Shown here: one piece after another, positions 8,151-15,883 of the stretch | How positions within the stretch are numbered: the first letter of the stretch is position 1 | Layout of the letters: each line of letters opens with the position of its first letter | IMG/VR virus record: IMGVR_UViG_3300048579_000301 | Location: 1 to 33,000 of that record | Length of the DNA: 33,000 nucleotides | Source of the DNA: a virus | Lineage: Duplodnaviria; Caudoviricetes | Strand: one strand, 5' to 3' | Made by a program: the position numbers and the translations under genes | Notes under the pieces: generated by a model | What the model was told of the DNA's origin: nothing | Seen by the model: the letters and a program-made list of their open reading frames with translations, nothing else | The model's database searches: none

Positions 8151-9373
8151 CGAACCTGCAGGTGGAAACGTGGCCGGTCGAGAAGCTCATTCCGTACGCC
8201 CGGAATGCACGCACGCATAGTGCCGACCAGGTCGCCCAGATCGCGGCATCGATCGCCGAGTTCGGGTGGACCAATCCCATACTCGCCGGCGCCGACGGAA
8301 TTGTGATCGCCGGCCACGCCCGCCTGCAGGCGGCACGGAAGCTCGGCTTGACCGAGGTTCCGGTCATCGTGCTCGATGGCCTGACGGAGACGAAACGGCG
8401 CGCCCTCGTTCTCGCGGACAACCGCCTGGCGCTCAACGCAGGATGGGACGAGGAGATGCTGCGCGTCGAATTGGAGTCGATCCGCGACGACGGATTCGAC
8501 CTCGATGTCCTCGGCTTCACGGAGGACGAATTGGCGGATCTCCTTCGCGATCCCGAACAGGTTCAGGAAGGCAATACCGACGAGGACGCGGTGCCGGACG
8601 CGCCAGACGAGGCCATTACCAAACCCGGCGATGTGTGGATCCTCGGTGAGCATCGCCTGCTGTGCGGTGACGCCACGCAGATCGAGTCTGTGGAGAAGGT
8701 TCTCGCCGGCGGGCTCGCCGACATGGTCTTCACCGACCCGCCGTACAACGTGAACTACGGCGCAACGATGAAGGACAAGATTCGCGGGAAGAAACGGAAG
8801 ATTGCCAACGACAACCTTGGCGCGGACTTCGAACGCTTCCTCCGCGATGCTCTCGTAAACATCCTGGCAGTGACGAAGGGCGGGGTCTACGTTTGCATGT
8901 CGTCGTCGGAACTGCACACGCTCCACCAGGCGTTCACGGAGTCGGGCGGGCACTGGTCCACGTTCGTGATCTGGGCGAAGAACACGTTCACGATGGGCCG
9001 GTCGGATTACCAGCGCCAGTATGAGCCGATCCTGTACGGCTGGAAGGACGGCACCGATCACTTCTGGTGCGGCGCTCGCGATCAGGGTGATGTCTGGTTC
9101 GTGAAGAAGCCGGTGTCAAACGATCTCCACCCGACCATGAAGCCGGTGGAGTTGGTCGAGCGCGCAATCCGCAACAGCAGCAAGGGGCGGGACACGGTCC
9201 TCGATCCGTTCGGCGGCTCCGGCACGACGCTGATCACGTGTGAGAAGACCGGACGGCAGGCCCGCCTGATTGAACTGGAGCCGAAGTACTGCGACGTGAT
9301 CGTTGCCAGGTGGCAAGAGTTCACGGGGCAGAAGGCCCGGCTGGAAACGGGGCCGGATGAATCGTGCCCGTAG
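8147..9373 (+). CDS. ParB-N-terminal-domain DNA adenine methyltransferase, beta class, DPPY
   Basis: ATGA coupling; ParB-like N-terminus; HRLLCGD, FTDPPYNV, HPTMKPVEL, DPFGGSGTT. Confidence 0.93.
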   Translation: MTNLQVETWPVEKLIPYARNARTHSADQVAQIAASIAEFGWTNPILAGADGIVIAGHARLQAARKLGLTEVPVIVLDGLTETKRRALVLADNRLALNAGWDEEMLRVELESIRDDGFDLDVLGFTEDELADLLRDPEQVQEGNTDEDAVPDAPDEAITKPGDVWILGEHRLLCGDATQIESVEKVLAGGLADMVFTDPPYNVNYGATMKDKIRGKKRKIANDNLGADFERFLRDALVNILAVTKGGVYVCMSSSELHTLHQAFTESGGHWSTFVIWAKNTFTMGRSDYQRQYEPILYGWKDGTDHFWCGARDQGDVWFVKKPVSNDLHPTMKPVELVERAIRNSSKGRDTVLDPFGGSGTTLITCEKTGRQARLIELEPKYCDVIVARWQEFTGQKARLETGPDESCP

Positions 9374-9702
9374 CGACGGCTGCGGAAATCGAGGTCCAGA
9401 TCGCGCGCTGCCGCGCCGAGATCGCCGGCATCGAGCGACTGCTGAGAGAGGGCCATCCCGACATCGAAGGCCTTTGCCTGGGACTGTCGGACTGGTCGGC
9501 CGAGCTACGGCTCCTTGAGGGGGAATGTGAACGAGCACTTCTTTCAGATCCTGATTCCGGTGACGGGCCTTGTTTCGGGTCTGATCGGAACCTACGTGGG
9601 GCTGCAGAACCGTGCACTCCTGGCGGAGGTCCGGAAGGAGTTGGCCGAACTCGAGAATCGGATCATCACGAGGATCAACGGCACGTACGTCCGGTCGGGT
9701 GA
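9364..9702 (+). CDS. Hypothetical protein (helical N-terminal ~55 aa; 3' part overlaps next gene)
   Basis: Amphipathic EIEVQIARCRAEIAGIERLL...DWSAELRLL fills the gap after the MTase; last 176 nt overlap the 9527 ORF. Confidence 0.5.
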   Translation: MPVATAAEIEVQIARCRAEIAGIERLLREGHPDIEGLCLGLSDWSAELRLLEGECERALLSDPDSGDGPCFGSDRNLRGAAEPCTPGGGPEGVGRTRESDHHEDQRHVRPVG

Positions 9703-9787
9703 GTGCAGGCTACGCGAGGAATTCGTCCACGAGAGGCTGGCCGCGATCACGGACGAGTTGAAGAACAGAAATGCCGCCGGTTTGTGA
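9527..9787 (+). CDS. Small membrane protein (N-terminal TM helix plus coiled coil), possible lysis accessory
   Basis: GAGGGGG at 9517-9523 before GTG9527; FFQILIPVTGLVSGLIGTYVGL then heptad-like LLAEVRKELAELENRI. Confidence 0.7.
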   Translation: MNEHFFQILIPVTGLVSGLIGTYVGLQNRALLAEVRKELAELENRIITRINGTYVRSGECRLREEFVHERLAAITDELKNRNAAGL

Positions 9788-9797
9788 AGCCGGCGGC
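9761..9797 (-). terminator. Rho-independent terminator for the reversed cassette (possibly bidirectional)
   Basis: GCCGCCGG 9773-9780 / CCGGCGGC 9790-9797 stem between convergent genes; on the minus strand followed by ATTTCTGTTCTT. Confidence 0.65.
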
Positions 9798-9816
9798 GGG
9801 GATTCGTCTGGAGAGT

Positions 9817-10365
9817 TCAGGCGGTGCGGTACGCGCGCTCTCCGTCGGCGCGTTTGAAGGACTCGACGTTGAGCCCCATCTTCTTGGTCAGGCTGCCTGA
9901 GATGAAGCCGCGCACGCTGTGGGCCTGCCAGTCGGTCGCGTCCATGATCTCTTTCAGGCTCGCGCCATCCGCCCGGCGGATCAGGTCGAGGACGATGGCC
10001 TTCTTGCTGCCCTCGCGCGCCGTGGGCGCGCCCTCCGTGGCGGTGGCGTCCTTGGTCGCCTTGGCTCGCTTCGGCGCGGTAGGGGCCGCCTGTGGCGCGG
10101 GGGTGGGCGTCAGTGCCTGGATGGCCTTCCAGATCCGGTTGACCGCCGTCTCGCGGTCCGTGAACTTCTTGACCGGCTTCAGCGTGTCAAAGGGCACCAC
10201 ACCGGCGAAGCCGTTCCAGACTTCGACGAACCGGCTGATGGGCCACTCAGCGGAGACTTTGGCAAGCTCCTTCTCGGTGGCGAAACGCTGTTGGCTTTCG
10301 GGCGCCTGTTCGGCGGTGGCGAAGGCGGTGATGTTGTTGTCCGTATCGATGGCAAACGTAGTCAT
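9817..10365 (-). CDS. DUF3489-domain (winged-helix-like) protein
   Basis: C-terminal REGSKKAIVLDLIRRADGASLKEIMDATDWQAHSVRGFISG...ERAYR is the DUF3489 signature; AGGAG SD. Confidence 0.85.
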   Translation of the reverse strand: MTTFAIDTDNNITAFATAEQAPESQQRFATEKELAKVSAEWPISRFVEVWNGFAGVVPFDTLKPVKKFTDRETAVNRIWKAIQALTPTPAPQAAPTAPKRAKATKDATATEGAPTAREGSKKAIVLDLIRRADGASLKEIMDATDWQAHSVRGFISGSLTKKMGLNVESFKRADGERAYRTA

Positions 10366-10379
10366 GGTTTTCTCCTGAT

Positions 10380-10613
10380 TCAGAATTCGATTTCGTCGAC
10401 GATGCGGCGTGCCTCATCCTCGGTGATCGTTTGCGCCACTGGGGCTTCGAAGCGCAGGCGGGCAGCGGTCCTAATGCGGATCTCGCGGCCCGTAGCGAGG
10501 TTGATTCCGTACCACCCGCTGCGGTCGTGCTCGCGGGTGATGCGGACTCTGGCCAGAGTTCCGCTGACCTTGACGATGTAGGTCGATCCGACCTTGACGT
10601 TCAGCTTCCGCAT
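10380..10613 (-). CDS. Small basic beta-rich hypothetical protein
   Basis: GGAG SD before ATG at 10613 (MRKLNVKVGSTYIVKVSG...); abuts neighbours in the reversed cassette. Confidence 0.75.
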   Translation of the reverse strand: MRKLNVKVGSTYIVKVSGTLARVRITREHDRSGWYGINLATGREIRIRTAARLRFEAPVAQTITEDEARRIVDEIEF

Positions 10614-10615
10614 GT

Positions 10616-10861
10616 TCAGTACTCCAGTCCTTTCTGATCCACCGCGCTGCGGTCGCCAAGGTGGGCCAGGACAAAGGCGAGTTGTTGGGCGATGTAGTCG
10701 AGGTCGCCCACGTAGCACCAGTTCCGGGGCTCCGTGGTTTGTTCGGCTTGATGGGCATCCAGGCGCTGGCCGATCCGTTCGAGCAAGTCGGCGCATTCGG
10801 CGTGGCGCGCGGCGTAGGCTTCCGCGGCAGTCTGCTTGGTGGTCTTGGTGGTCCGTGGCAT
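10616..10861 (-). CDS. Small helical hypothetical protein
   Basis: MPRTTKTTKQTAAEAY...NWCYVGDL; first gene of the three-gene reversed cassette; alternative start 10870. Confidence 0.75.
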   Translation of the reverse strand: MPRTTKTTKQTAAEAYAARHAECADLLERIGQRLDAHQAEQTTEPRNWCYVGDLDYIAQQLAFVLAHLGDRSAVDQKGLEY

Positions 10862-10865
10862 CGAT

Positions 10866-10898
10866 GACATACATCACTTCGGCGGGGCCGAATAGCAA
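10866..10898 (-). promoter_or_regulatory. Possible promoter for the reversed cassette
   Basis: Minus strand TTGCTA, 17 bp spacer, then GATGTATGT just before the start codon; no SD, so possibly leaderless. The -10 match is weak. Confidence 0.3.
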
Positions 10899-10931
10899 GG
10901 CTGAAGCTCGGTTTCCGGGAGAAAAGATTCA

Positions 10932-11447
10932 ATGGCGGCGGTGAGCCTGCGGGCATACGCGAAACATCGCGGAGTGACGCTGAAGGCTGTGCAAAAAGCG
11001 ATCCAATCCGGCCGCATTCGGACCACAGCGGACGGGAAGATCGACGCCGATCAGGCCGATGCCGATTGGGAGCGCAACACGGGACCGAAGGTTAGGCGAA
11101 CCGCCGCCAGCCCGCCGCCAGCGGCCACAATCGAGCAATCGCGCCCGGAACCTGCCGCAGGCGGAACCCTCGATTACGCGAAGGCGCGGGCGATCATCGC
11201 CCACTACGAGGCGCGCCTGGCCAAGATCGACTACGAAGAGCGCATCAAGAAGCTCGTCAATGCGGATGAAGTCTCAGTCGCCGGCTTCAACCTGTTCCGG
11301 ATGTTCCGGGACCGGATGCTCAACATTCCGGACCGGGTTGTCGGAGCGTTGATCGCGGAGATCCGGGAGGCCCTTCGCGTCCACGGCATTCTGTTGGCCG
11401 AGATCCGAGGCTCCCTCGAGGAATTTGCGGATGCAGCCCACCGCTGA
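10932..11447 (+). CDS. terS: Terminase small subunit
   Basis: N-terminal HTH (SLRAYAKHRGVTLKAVQKAI), Nu1-like helical C-terminus, directly upstream of terL. Confidence 0.85.
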   Translation: MAAVSLRAYAKHRGVTLKAVQKAIQSGRIRTTADGKIDADQADADWERNTGPKVRRTAASPPPAATIEQSRPEPAAGGTLDYAKARAIIAHYEARLAKIDYEERIKKLVNADEVSVAGFNLFRMFRDRMLNIPDRVVGALIAEIREALRVHGILLAEIRGSLEEFADAAHR

Positions 11448-13323
11448 AGCGATCTATTACCGGGCGGCGGCAGCCGGAGCTCGGCCGGATCCACTGCTGA
11501 CGATCTCGCAGTGGGCCGACAAGTACCGGAAGCTGTCGCAGCGCGCGTCAGCCGAGCCCGGCCCATGGCGCACGGATCGCACGCCGTACCTGCGGGAGAT
11601 CATGGACTGCCTCTCGCCGTCGTCCGCAGTCGAGCGCGTGGTGTTCATGAAGGGCGCGCAGATCGGCGGCACCGAGTGCGGGAACAACTGGATCGGATAC
11701 ATCATCCACCAGGCGCCAGGGCCGATGATGGCCGTGCAACCCACGGTCGAGATGGCAAAGCGCAACTCGAAGCAGCGCGTGGACCCCCTGATCGAGGAGT
11801 CGGACGTGCTGCGCGAGTTGGTGCAGAGTCCGCGCTCGCGCGATTCAGGGAACACAGTCCTTTCGAAGGAGTTTCCTGGCGGCGTCCTGGTGATGACTGG
11901 CGCGAACTCTGCCGTCGGCCTGCGCTCGATGGCGGCGCGCTTCCTGTTCCTGGATGAGGTGGACGCGTATCCGGGCGACGTCGAAGGCGAGGGCGATCCG
12001 GTCAACCTGGCCATGGCGCGCACGCGCACCTTCGCACGCCGGAAAGTGTTCCTCTGCTCTACGCCGAAGATCACCGGCATGAGCCGGATCGAAGCCGCTT
12101 GGGAAGAGAGCGACCAGCGCCGCTTCTGGTTGCCGTGCCCGGTGTGCCGGGAGTTCCAGGTTCTGAAGTTCGCGCAATTGCGCTGGCCGAAGGGCGCACC
12201 GGAGAAGGCCGTCTACGCGTGCGAGCACTGCGGCCAGGAGATTCAAAACCATCAGAAGCAGTGGATGCTGCCGCGCGGGGAGTGGCGGCGGGCCGCCGTC
12301 GGAGACGGACGAACAGCGGGCTTCCATCTGTCGAGTCTGTATTCGCCGGTGGGCTGGTTCGCGTGGTCGGATGCCGCCAAGCAGTTCGAGCAGGCGCAGA
12401 AGAACCCGGCGCTTCTGCAGGTGTTCGTCAACACCGTCCTGGGTGAGACGTGGACACTGCTTGGCGAGGCTCCGGACTGGCAGAAGCTGTACGACCGCCG
12501 CGAGACATACAAGGTCGGCACCGTTCCGCGCGGTGGCCTGTTCCTGGTCGGTGGCGCGGATGTCCAGAAGGACCGCATCGAAGTAGAGGTGGTGGCATAC
12601 GGGCGCGGCAAGGAGTCGTGGTCCGTCGATTACCGGGTGTACGAAGGGGACACTTCGCGCACCCCGGTCTGGGAGAAGCTGACCGGACTGCTGAACGAAA
12701 CGTACCCGGCGGCAAGCGGAATCGAGTTGCCGATCCTGCAACTGGCGGTGGACTCGGGCTTCGCCACGACTGAGGTGTACCAGTGGGCACGGCGCCAGGG
12801 CGGCCGCGTGCTAGTGATCAAGGGCGACTCGCGGGCGCCGGCACTGGTTGGGTCGGCATCGCCGGTTGAAGTGGGTCCGCTGGGCGCGAAGCTGAAGCGT
12901 GGTGTGCGCGTCTGGCCGGTGAACTCCGGCATGGCGAAGGAGGAGTTGTATCGCTGGCTCCGGCTGGAGCGGCCCACCGATGAGGACCTCGCCATCGGCA
13001 CGCCATTCCCGCCCGGCTACTGTCACTTCCCGAAGTACAGCGAGGAGTTCTTCAAACAGATCACCGCCGAGCAGTTGGTGACCAAGATCGTCAAAGGCTA
13101 TCGCCGGCACGAGTGGCAGAAGATGCGCGAGCGCAATGAAGCGCTCGACTGTCGTGTCTACGCCCGCGCGGCCGCCGCCCGCGTCGGCCTGGACCGCTTC
13201 CAGGAGAAGCACTGGGAGGCGATGGAAGAACGCGTGGGTCGCGCGGAACATCCGGCGCCGCACCCGGAGCCAAGCAAAGAGCGGCGGCGAACCGGTCGCA
13301 AGATTCGGGGACGGTTTCTCTGA
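11431..13323 (+). CDS. terL: Terminase large subunit, GpA family
   Basis: TPYLREIMD, KGAQIGGTE, Walker B FLDEVD, STP, CPxC/CxxC, GADVQ, AVDSG, RNEALDC; GAGG SD before ATG11431. Confidence 0.97.
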   Translation: MQPTAEAIYYRAAAAGARPDPLLTISQWADKYRKLSQRASAEPGPWRTDRTPYLREIMDCLSPSSAVERVVFMKGAQIGGTECGNNWIGYIIHQAPGPMMAVQPTVEMAKRNSKQRVDPLIEESDVLRELVQSPRSRDSGNTVLSKEFPGGVLVMTGANSAVGLRSMAARFLFLDEVDAYPGDVEGEGDPVNLAMARTRTFARRKVFLCSTPKITGMSRIEAAWEESDQRRFWLPCPVCREFQVLKFAQLRWPKGAPEKAVYACEHCGQEIQNHQKQWMLPRGEWRRAAVGDGRTAGFHLSSLYSPVGWFAWSDAAKQFEQAQKNPALLQVFVNTVLGETWTLLGEAPDWQKLYDRRETYKVGTVPRGGLFLVGGADVQKDRIEVEVVAYGRGKESWSVDYRVYEGDTSRTPVWEKLTGLLNETYPAASGIELPILQLAVDSGFATTEVYQWARRQGGRVLVIKGDSRAPALVGSASPVEVGPLGAKLKRGVRVWPVNSGMAKEELYRWLRLERPTDEDLAIGTPFPPGYCHFPKYSEEFFKQITAEQLVTKIVKGYRRHEWQKMRERNEALDCRVYARAAAARVGLDRFQEKHWEAMEERVGRAEHPAPHPEPSKERRRTGRKIRGRFL

Positions 13324-13526
13324 TGGCTTACACCCAGGCACAACTCGAGGCGCTCCAGGAAGCCTTGGCCTCGGGCACGCTGACGGTCACCTACGAGGGC
13401 CGCAGCATCACTTATCGCTCCGTCCAGGAGTTGCAGCGGGCGATCACGGTCGTACAGAACTCGTTGAACCAGCAATCCGGCAAACGCACCCGGCAATACC
13501 GGTTGTCGGGAAGCAAGGGGCTGTAG
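13323..13526 (+). CDS. gpW-like head-tail joining protein
   Basis: 67 aa, ALASGTLTVTYEGRSITYRSVQEL; between terL and portal; TGATG coupling. Confidence 0.88.
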   Translation: MAYTQAQLEALQEALASGTLTVTYEGRSITYRSVQELQRAITVVQNSLNQQSGKRTRQYRLSGSKGL

Positions 13527-13530
13527 ATTG

Positions 13531-14205
13531 CTACTTCTCGCCCGAGCAGCCATGCGAAATATCGAGCCGGCCGGGGCCTTCATATCCAGCCGCGAAAACG
13601 TGTCTGGCGGAATAGCAATCTGACTGGCTGTATTTGCCGCCCACGAATCGGAAAACCTCAAGCGTCCTTTCAGACGACGATACATGCGATGCAAGGACCA
13701 CATCATGGAATCCGTTTGTTGTTGTGTCCATCACGCGTATCTTCTCGAAACCGCCGCCGTGCTCTCCGGATCGGCTGTCCAACAGACGATCGATGCCTGA
13801 TGATGTGATGCGCAGTATCAGGACAATGCAGTTGCCGGTCCCGCCGCAGGGGCCTAACCCATTCCCCTGTGCGATGACCTCGTTCTTGCCGTCGCCGTCC
13901 AGATCGACGAGCTCAATTCGCGTATCTGCCGCGAGTTTCCGCATTTGATCCGCCGGGATATCGGCAAACATTTCGACGTCATGAGTGTTGATCGGATGCT
14001 GAAAGCGGTCCAGAACGAAAGCGAGCACGGAGGCACGTTCCTTGCCGGTCAGGTCTTTTGTTGTAGCGATCGTGTTTCGATAGCTCAATTCGTGCACCAG
14101 CCTCTCACTCCACCGAAAACGCTGGGTGGGACCGTCTTGGCCAACCGCAACCGTGATTGAAAAGAGCGCTAGGCTCATGAGCGCCACGAGATACCGCTGA
14201 TTCAT
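13531..14205 (-). CDS. Moron: putative secreted protein with DxDxDG motif
   Basis: GGAG SD before ATG14205; signal-peptide-like MNQRYLVALMSLALFSITVAVG; VDLDGDGKNEVI; CGGTGNC; visibly lower GC than flanks. Confidence 0.75.
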   Translation of the reverse strand: MNQRYLVALMSLALFSITVAVGQDGPTQRFRWSERLVHELSYRNTIATTKDLTGKERASVLAFVLDRFQHPINTHDVEMFADIPADQMRKLAADTRIELVDLDGDGKNEVIAQGNGLGPCGGTGNCIVLILRITSSGIDRLLDSRSGEHGGGFEKIRVMDTTTNGFHDVVLASHVSSSERTLEVFRFVGGKYSQSDCYSARHVFAAGYEGPGRLDISHGCSGEK

Positions 14206-14230
14206 AGTCTCCACGACTCCGCAAAGTTCG

Positions 14231-14262
14231 ATTGTAGTTCGATGTCTCGCCATCTATGGCAA
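14231..14262 (-). promoter_or_regulatory. Possible sigma70-type promoter of the moron
   Basis: Minus strand TACAAT (14236-14231); TTGCCA is 20 bp upstream, longer than the usual spacer. Confidence 0.35.
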
Positions 14263-14308
14263 CCAGTGTCTCGAAGCCTCCGCATTCGTTGATAAACGCA
14301 TTCTGCCC

Positions 14309-15883
14309 ATGTTCGACATAACTTCCTTCCTGAGTCGCATTAAGCGGCGCGGCGCTAGCGCCACGCCATCCGGACCTCCGGCCCGGCGTGCGTCGAGTTT
14401 CCCGTACGAAGGCGCGACTTCGGGGCGGCGCCTGGGTGCCTGGTCGGCGACGCGCGACGCCATCAACTCGGTCTGGTATCAGAGCGCGGACCAGTTGGTG
14501 GCGCGGTCCCGCGACCTGGTCCGGAAGGACGGCTGGGCGGCCAAGGCGGTAGACGAGTGGGTGTGCAATGCCGTCGGCAACGGCGTGAAACCCCAGTCGC
14601 TGCATCCGGACGAAGCGACGAAGACGAAGATTCAGAAGCTATGGTCCGCATGGGTGAGCGAAGCCGACGCTTCAGGGACAACGGACTTCTACGGGCTCGA
14701 AGCGCTGGCGTTCCGGTCGATGGTCGAAGGCGGTGAGTGCTTTGTTCGCAAGTATGTGCGCGCGGCCACCGACGGGCTGTCGATTCCGCTGCAGCTTCAG
14801 TTGATCGAATCTGAGCAGCTTCCTTACTATCTTGCCCGGCCAACTCCGGAGACGCCGGCCGGAAACGTCGTGCGTTCCTCGATCGAGTTCGACGGTTCGA
14901 ACCGCCGCACGGCCTACTACTTCTACAAAGAGCATCCCGGCGAGCGCCTGTTCTTCCCGAACGCGTTGGACCTGATCCGCGTACCAGCCGGCGAAGTGAT
15001 GCACCTGTTCCGACCTTTGCGGCCTGGGCAGATCCGCGGTGTGCCGTGGCTCGCCAACGCGCTGGTACGCCTGTGGGAACTGGATCAATACGATGATGCC
15101 GAGTTGTTGCGGAAGAAGTTCGCCGCGATGCTCATGGCGTTCATTGTCCGCACCAACCCGGACGATCCGTTCTTCCCGAACGCCGGTGACCAGCAGACCA
15201 CCGAATCGGGCGGCGACGCCGCGCCGAACGAGCCGGGCGTGCAGGTGGCGCGGCTCGAGGCGGGCACCATGCAGGAACTGGAGCCGGGCGAAGACGTCCG
15301 GTTCACGGAACCTGCGGATGTAGGCGGCAATTACGAGGCGTTCGAACGCCAGACGCTGCTGCGCATCGGCGCCGGACTCGGGTTGCCTTACGACATGCTC
15401 ACGGGCGACCTGTCGCAGACGAACTACTCGTCGATCCGCGCGGGCATCCTGTCGTTCCGGCGTCTGTGCGAGCAGATCCAGTACGGCGTCTTCATCTTCC
15501 AGTTCTGCCGGCCGACGTGGCGCGCGTTCATTGAGCAGGCGGTGCTCTCGGGCGAACTTGATGCCCGCGACTATCAGGCGAACCGCGCCGACTACCTCGC
15601 CGTCGAGTGGCACACGCCGAAGTGGGCCTGGGTCGATCCGGAGAAGGACGTGAAGGCCGAGATCATCGCGATCCGCGCCGGCTTGAAGTCGCGCGGCATG
15701 GCCATCAACGAAATGGGCATGGACGAGGAGGAGGTGGATCGCCAGATCGCCCGCGACAACGAGCGCGCCGATTTACTGGGCCTGATCCTCGACTCCGATC
15801 CGCGCCGTACCGATGCTCGCGGCGCGCAGAAGACAGAGCCTGCGGAGGGCGGCGACGAGGCCAACAAGGAGACGAATCCGTGA
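14309..15883 (+). CDS. Portal protein, lambda family
   Basis: ARSRDLVR, GECF, LQLQLIE, RPGQIRGVPW, LTGDLSQTNYSSIRAG, WVDPEKD. Confidence 0.96.
   Translation: MFDITSFLSRIKRRGASATPSGPPARRASSFPYEGATSGRRLGAWSATRDAINSVWYQSADQLVARSRDLVRKDGWAAKAVDEWVCNAVGNGVKPQSLHPDEATKTKIQKLWSAWVSEADASGTTDFYGLEALAFRSMVEGGECFVRKYVRAATDGLSIPLQLQLIESEQLPYYLARPTPETPAGNVVRSSIEFDGSNRRTAYYFYKEHPGERLFFPNALDLIRVPAGEVMHLFRPLRPGQIRGVPWLANALVRLWELDQYDDAELLRKKFAAMLMAFIVRTNPDDPFFPNAGDQQTTESGGDAAPNEPGVQVARLEAGTMQELEPGEDVRFTEPADVGGNYEAFERQTLLRIGAGLGLPYDMLTGDLSQTNYSSIRAGILSFRRLCEQIQYGVFIFQFCRPTWRAFIEQAVLSGELDARDYQANRADYLAVEWHTPKWAWVDPEKDVKAEIIAIRAGLKSRGMAINEMGMDEEEVDRQIARDNERADLLGLILDSDPRRTDARGAQKTEPAEGGDEANKETNP

Noticed and set aside
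4429-9373. Restriction-modification system
   Set aside because: No endonuclease-like gene adjacent; methyltransferases appear orphan.
9364-9787. Rz/Rz1 spanin pair
   Set aside because: Overlap and TM helix are suggestive, but neither ORF has a signal peptide with a lipobox Cys.
15607-15879. N-terminal extension of the protease ORF
   Set aside because: Overlaps the portal; AAGGAG plus GTGA coupling at 15880 is the better start.
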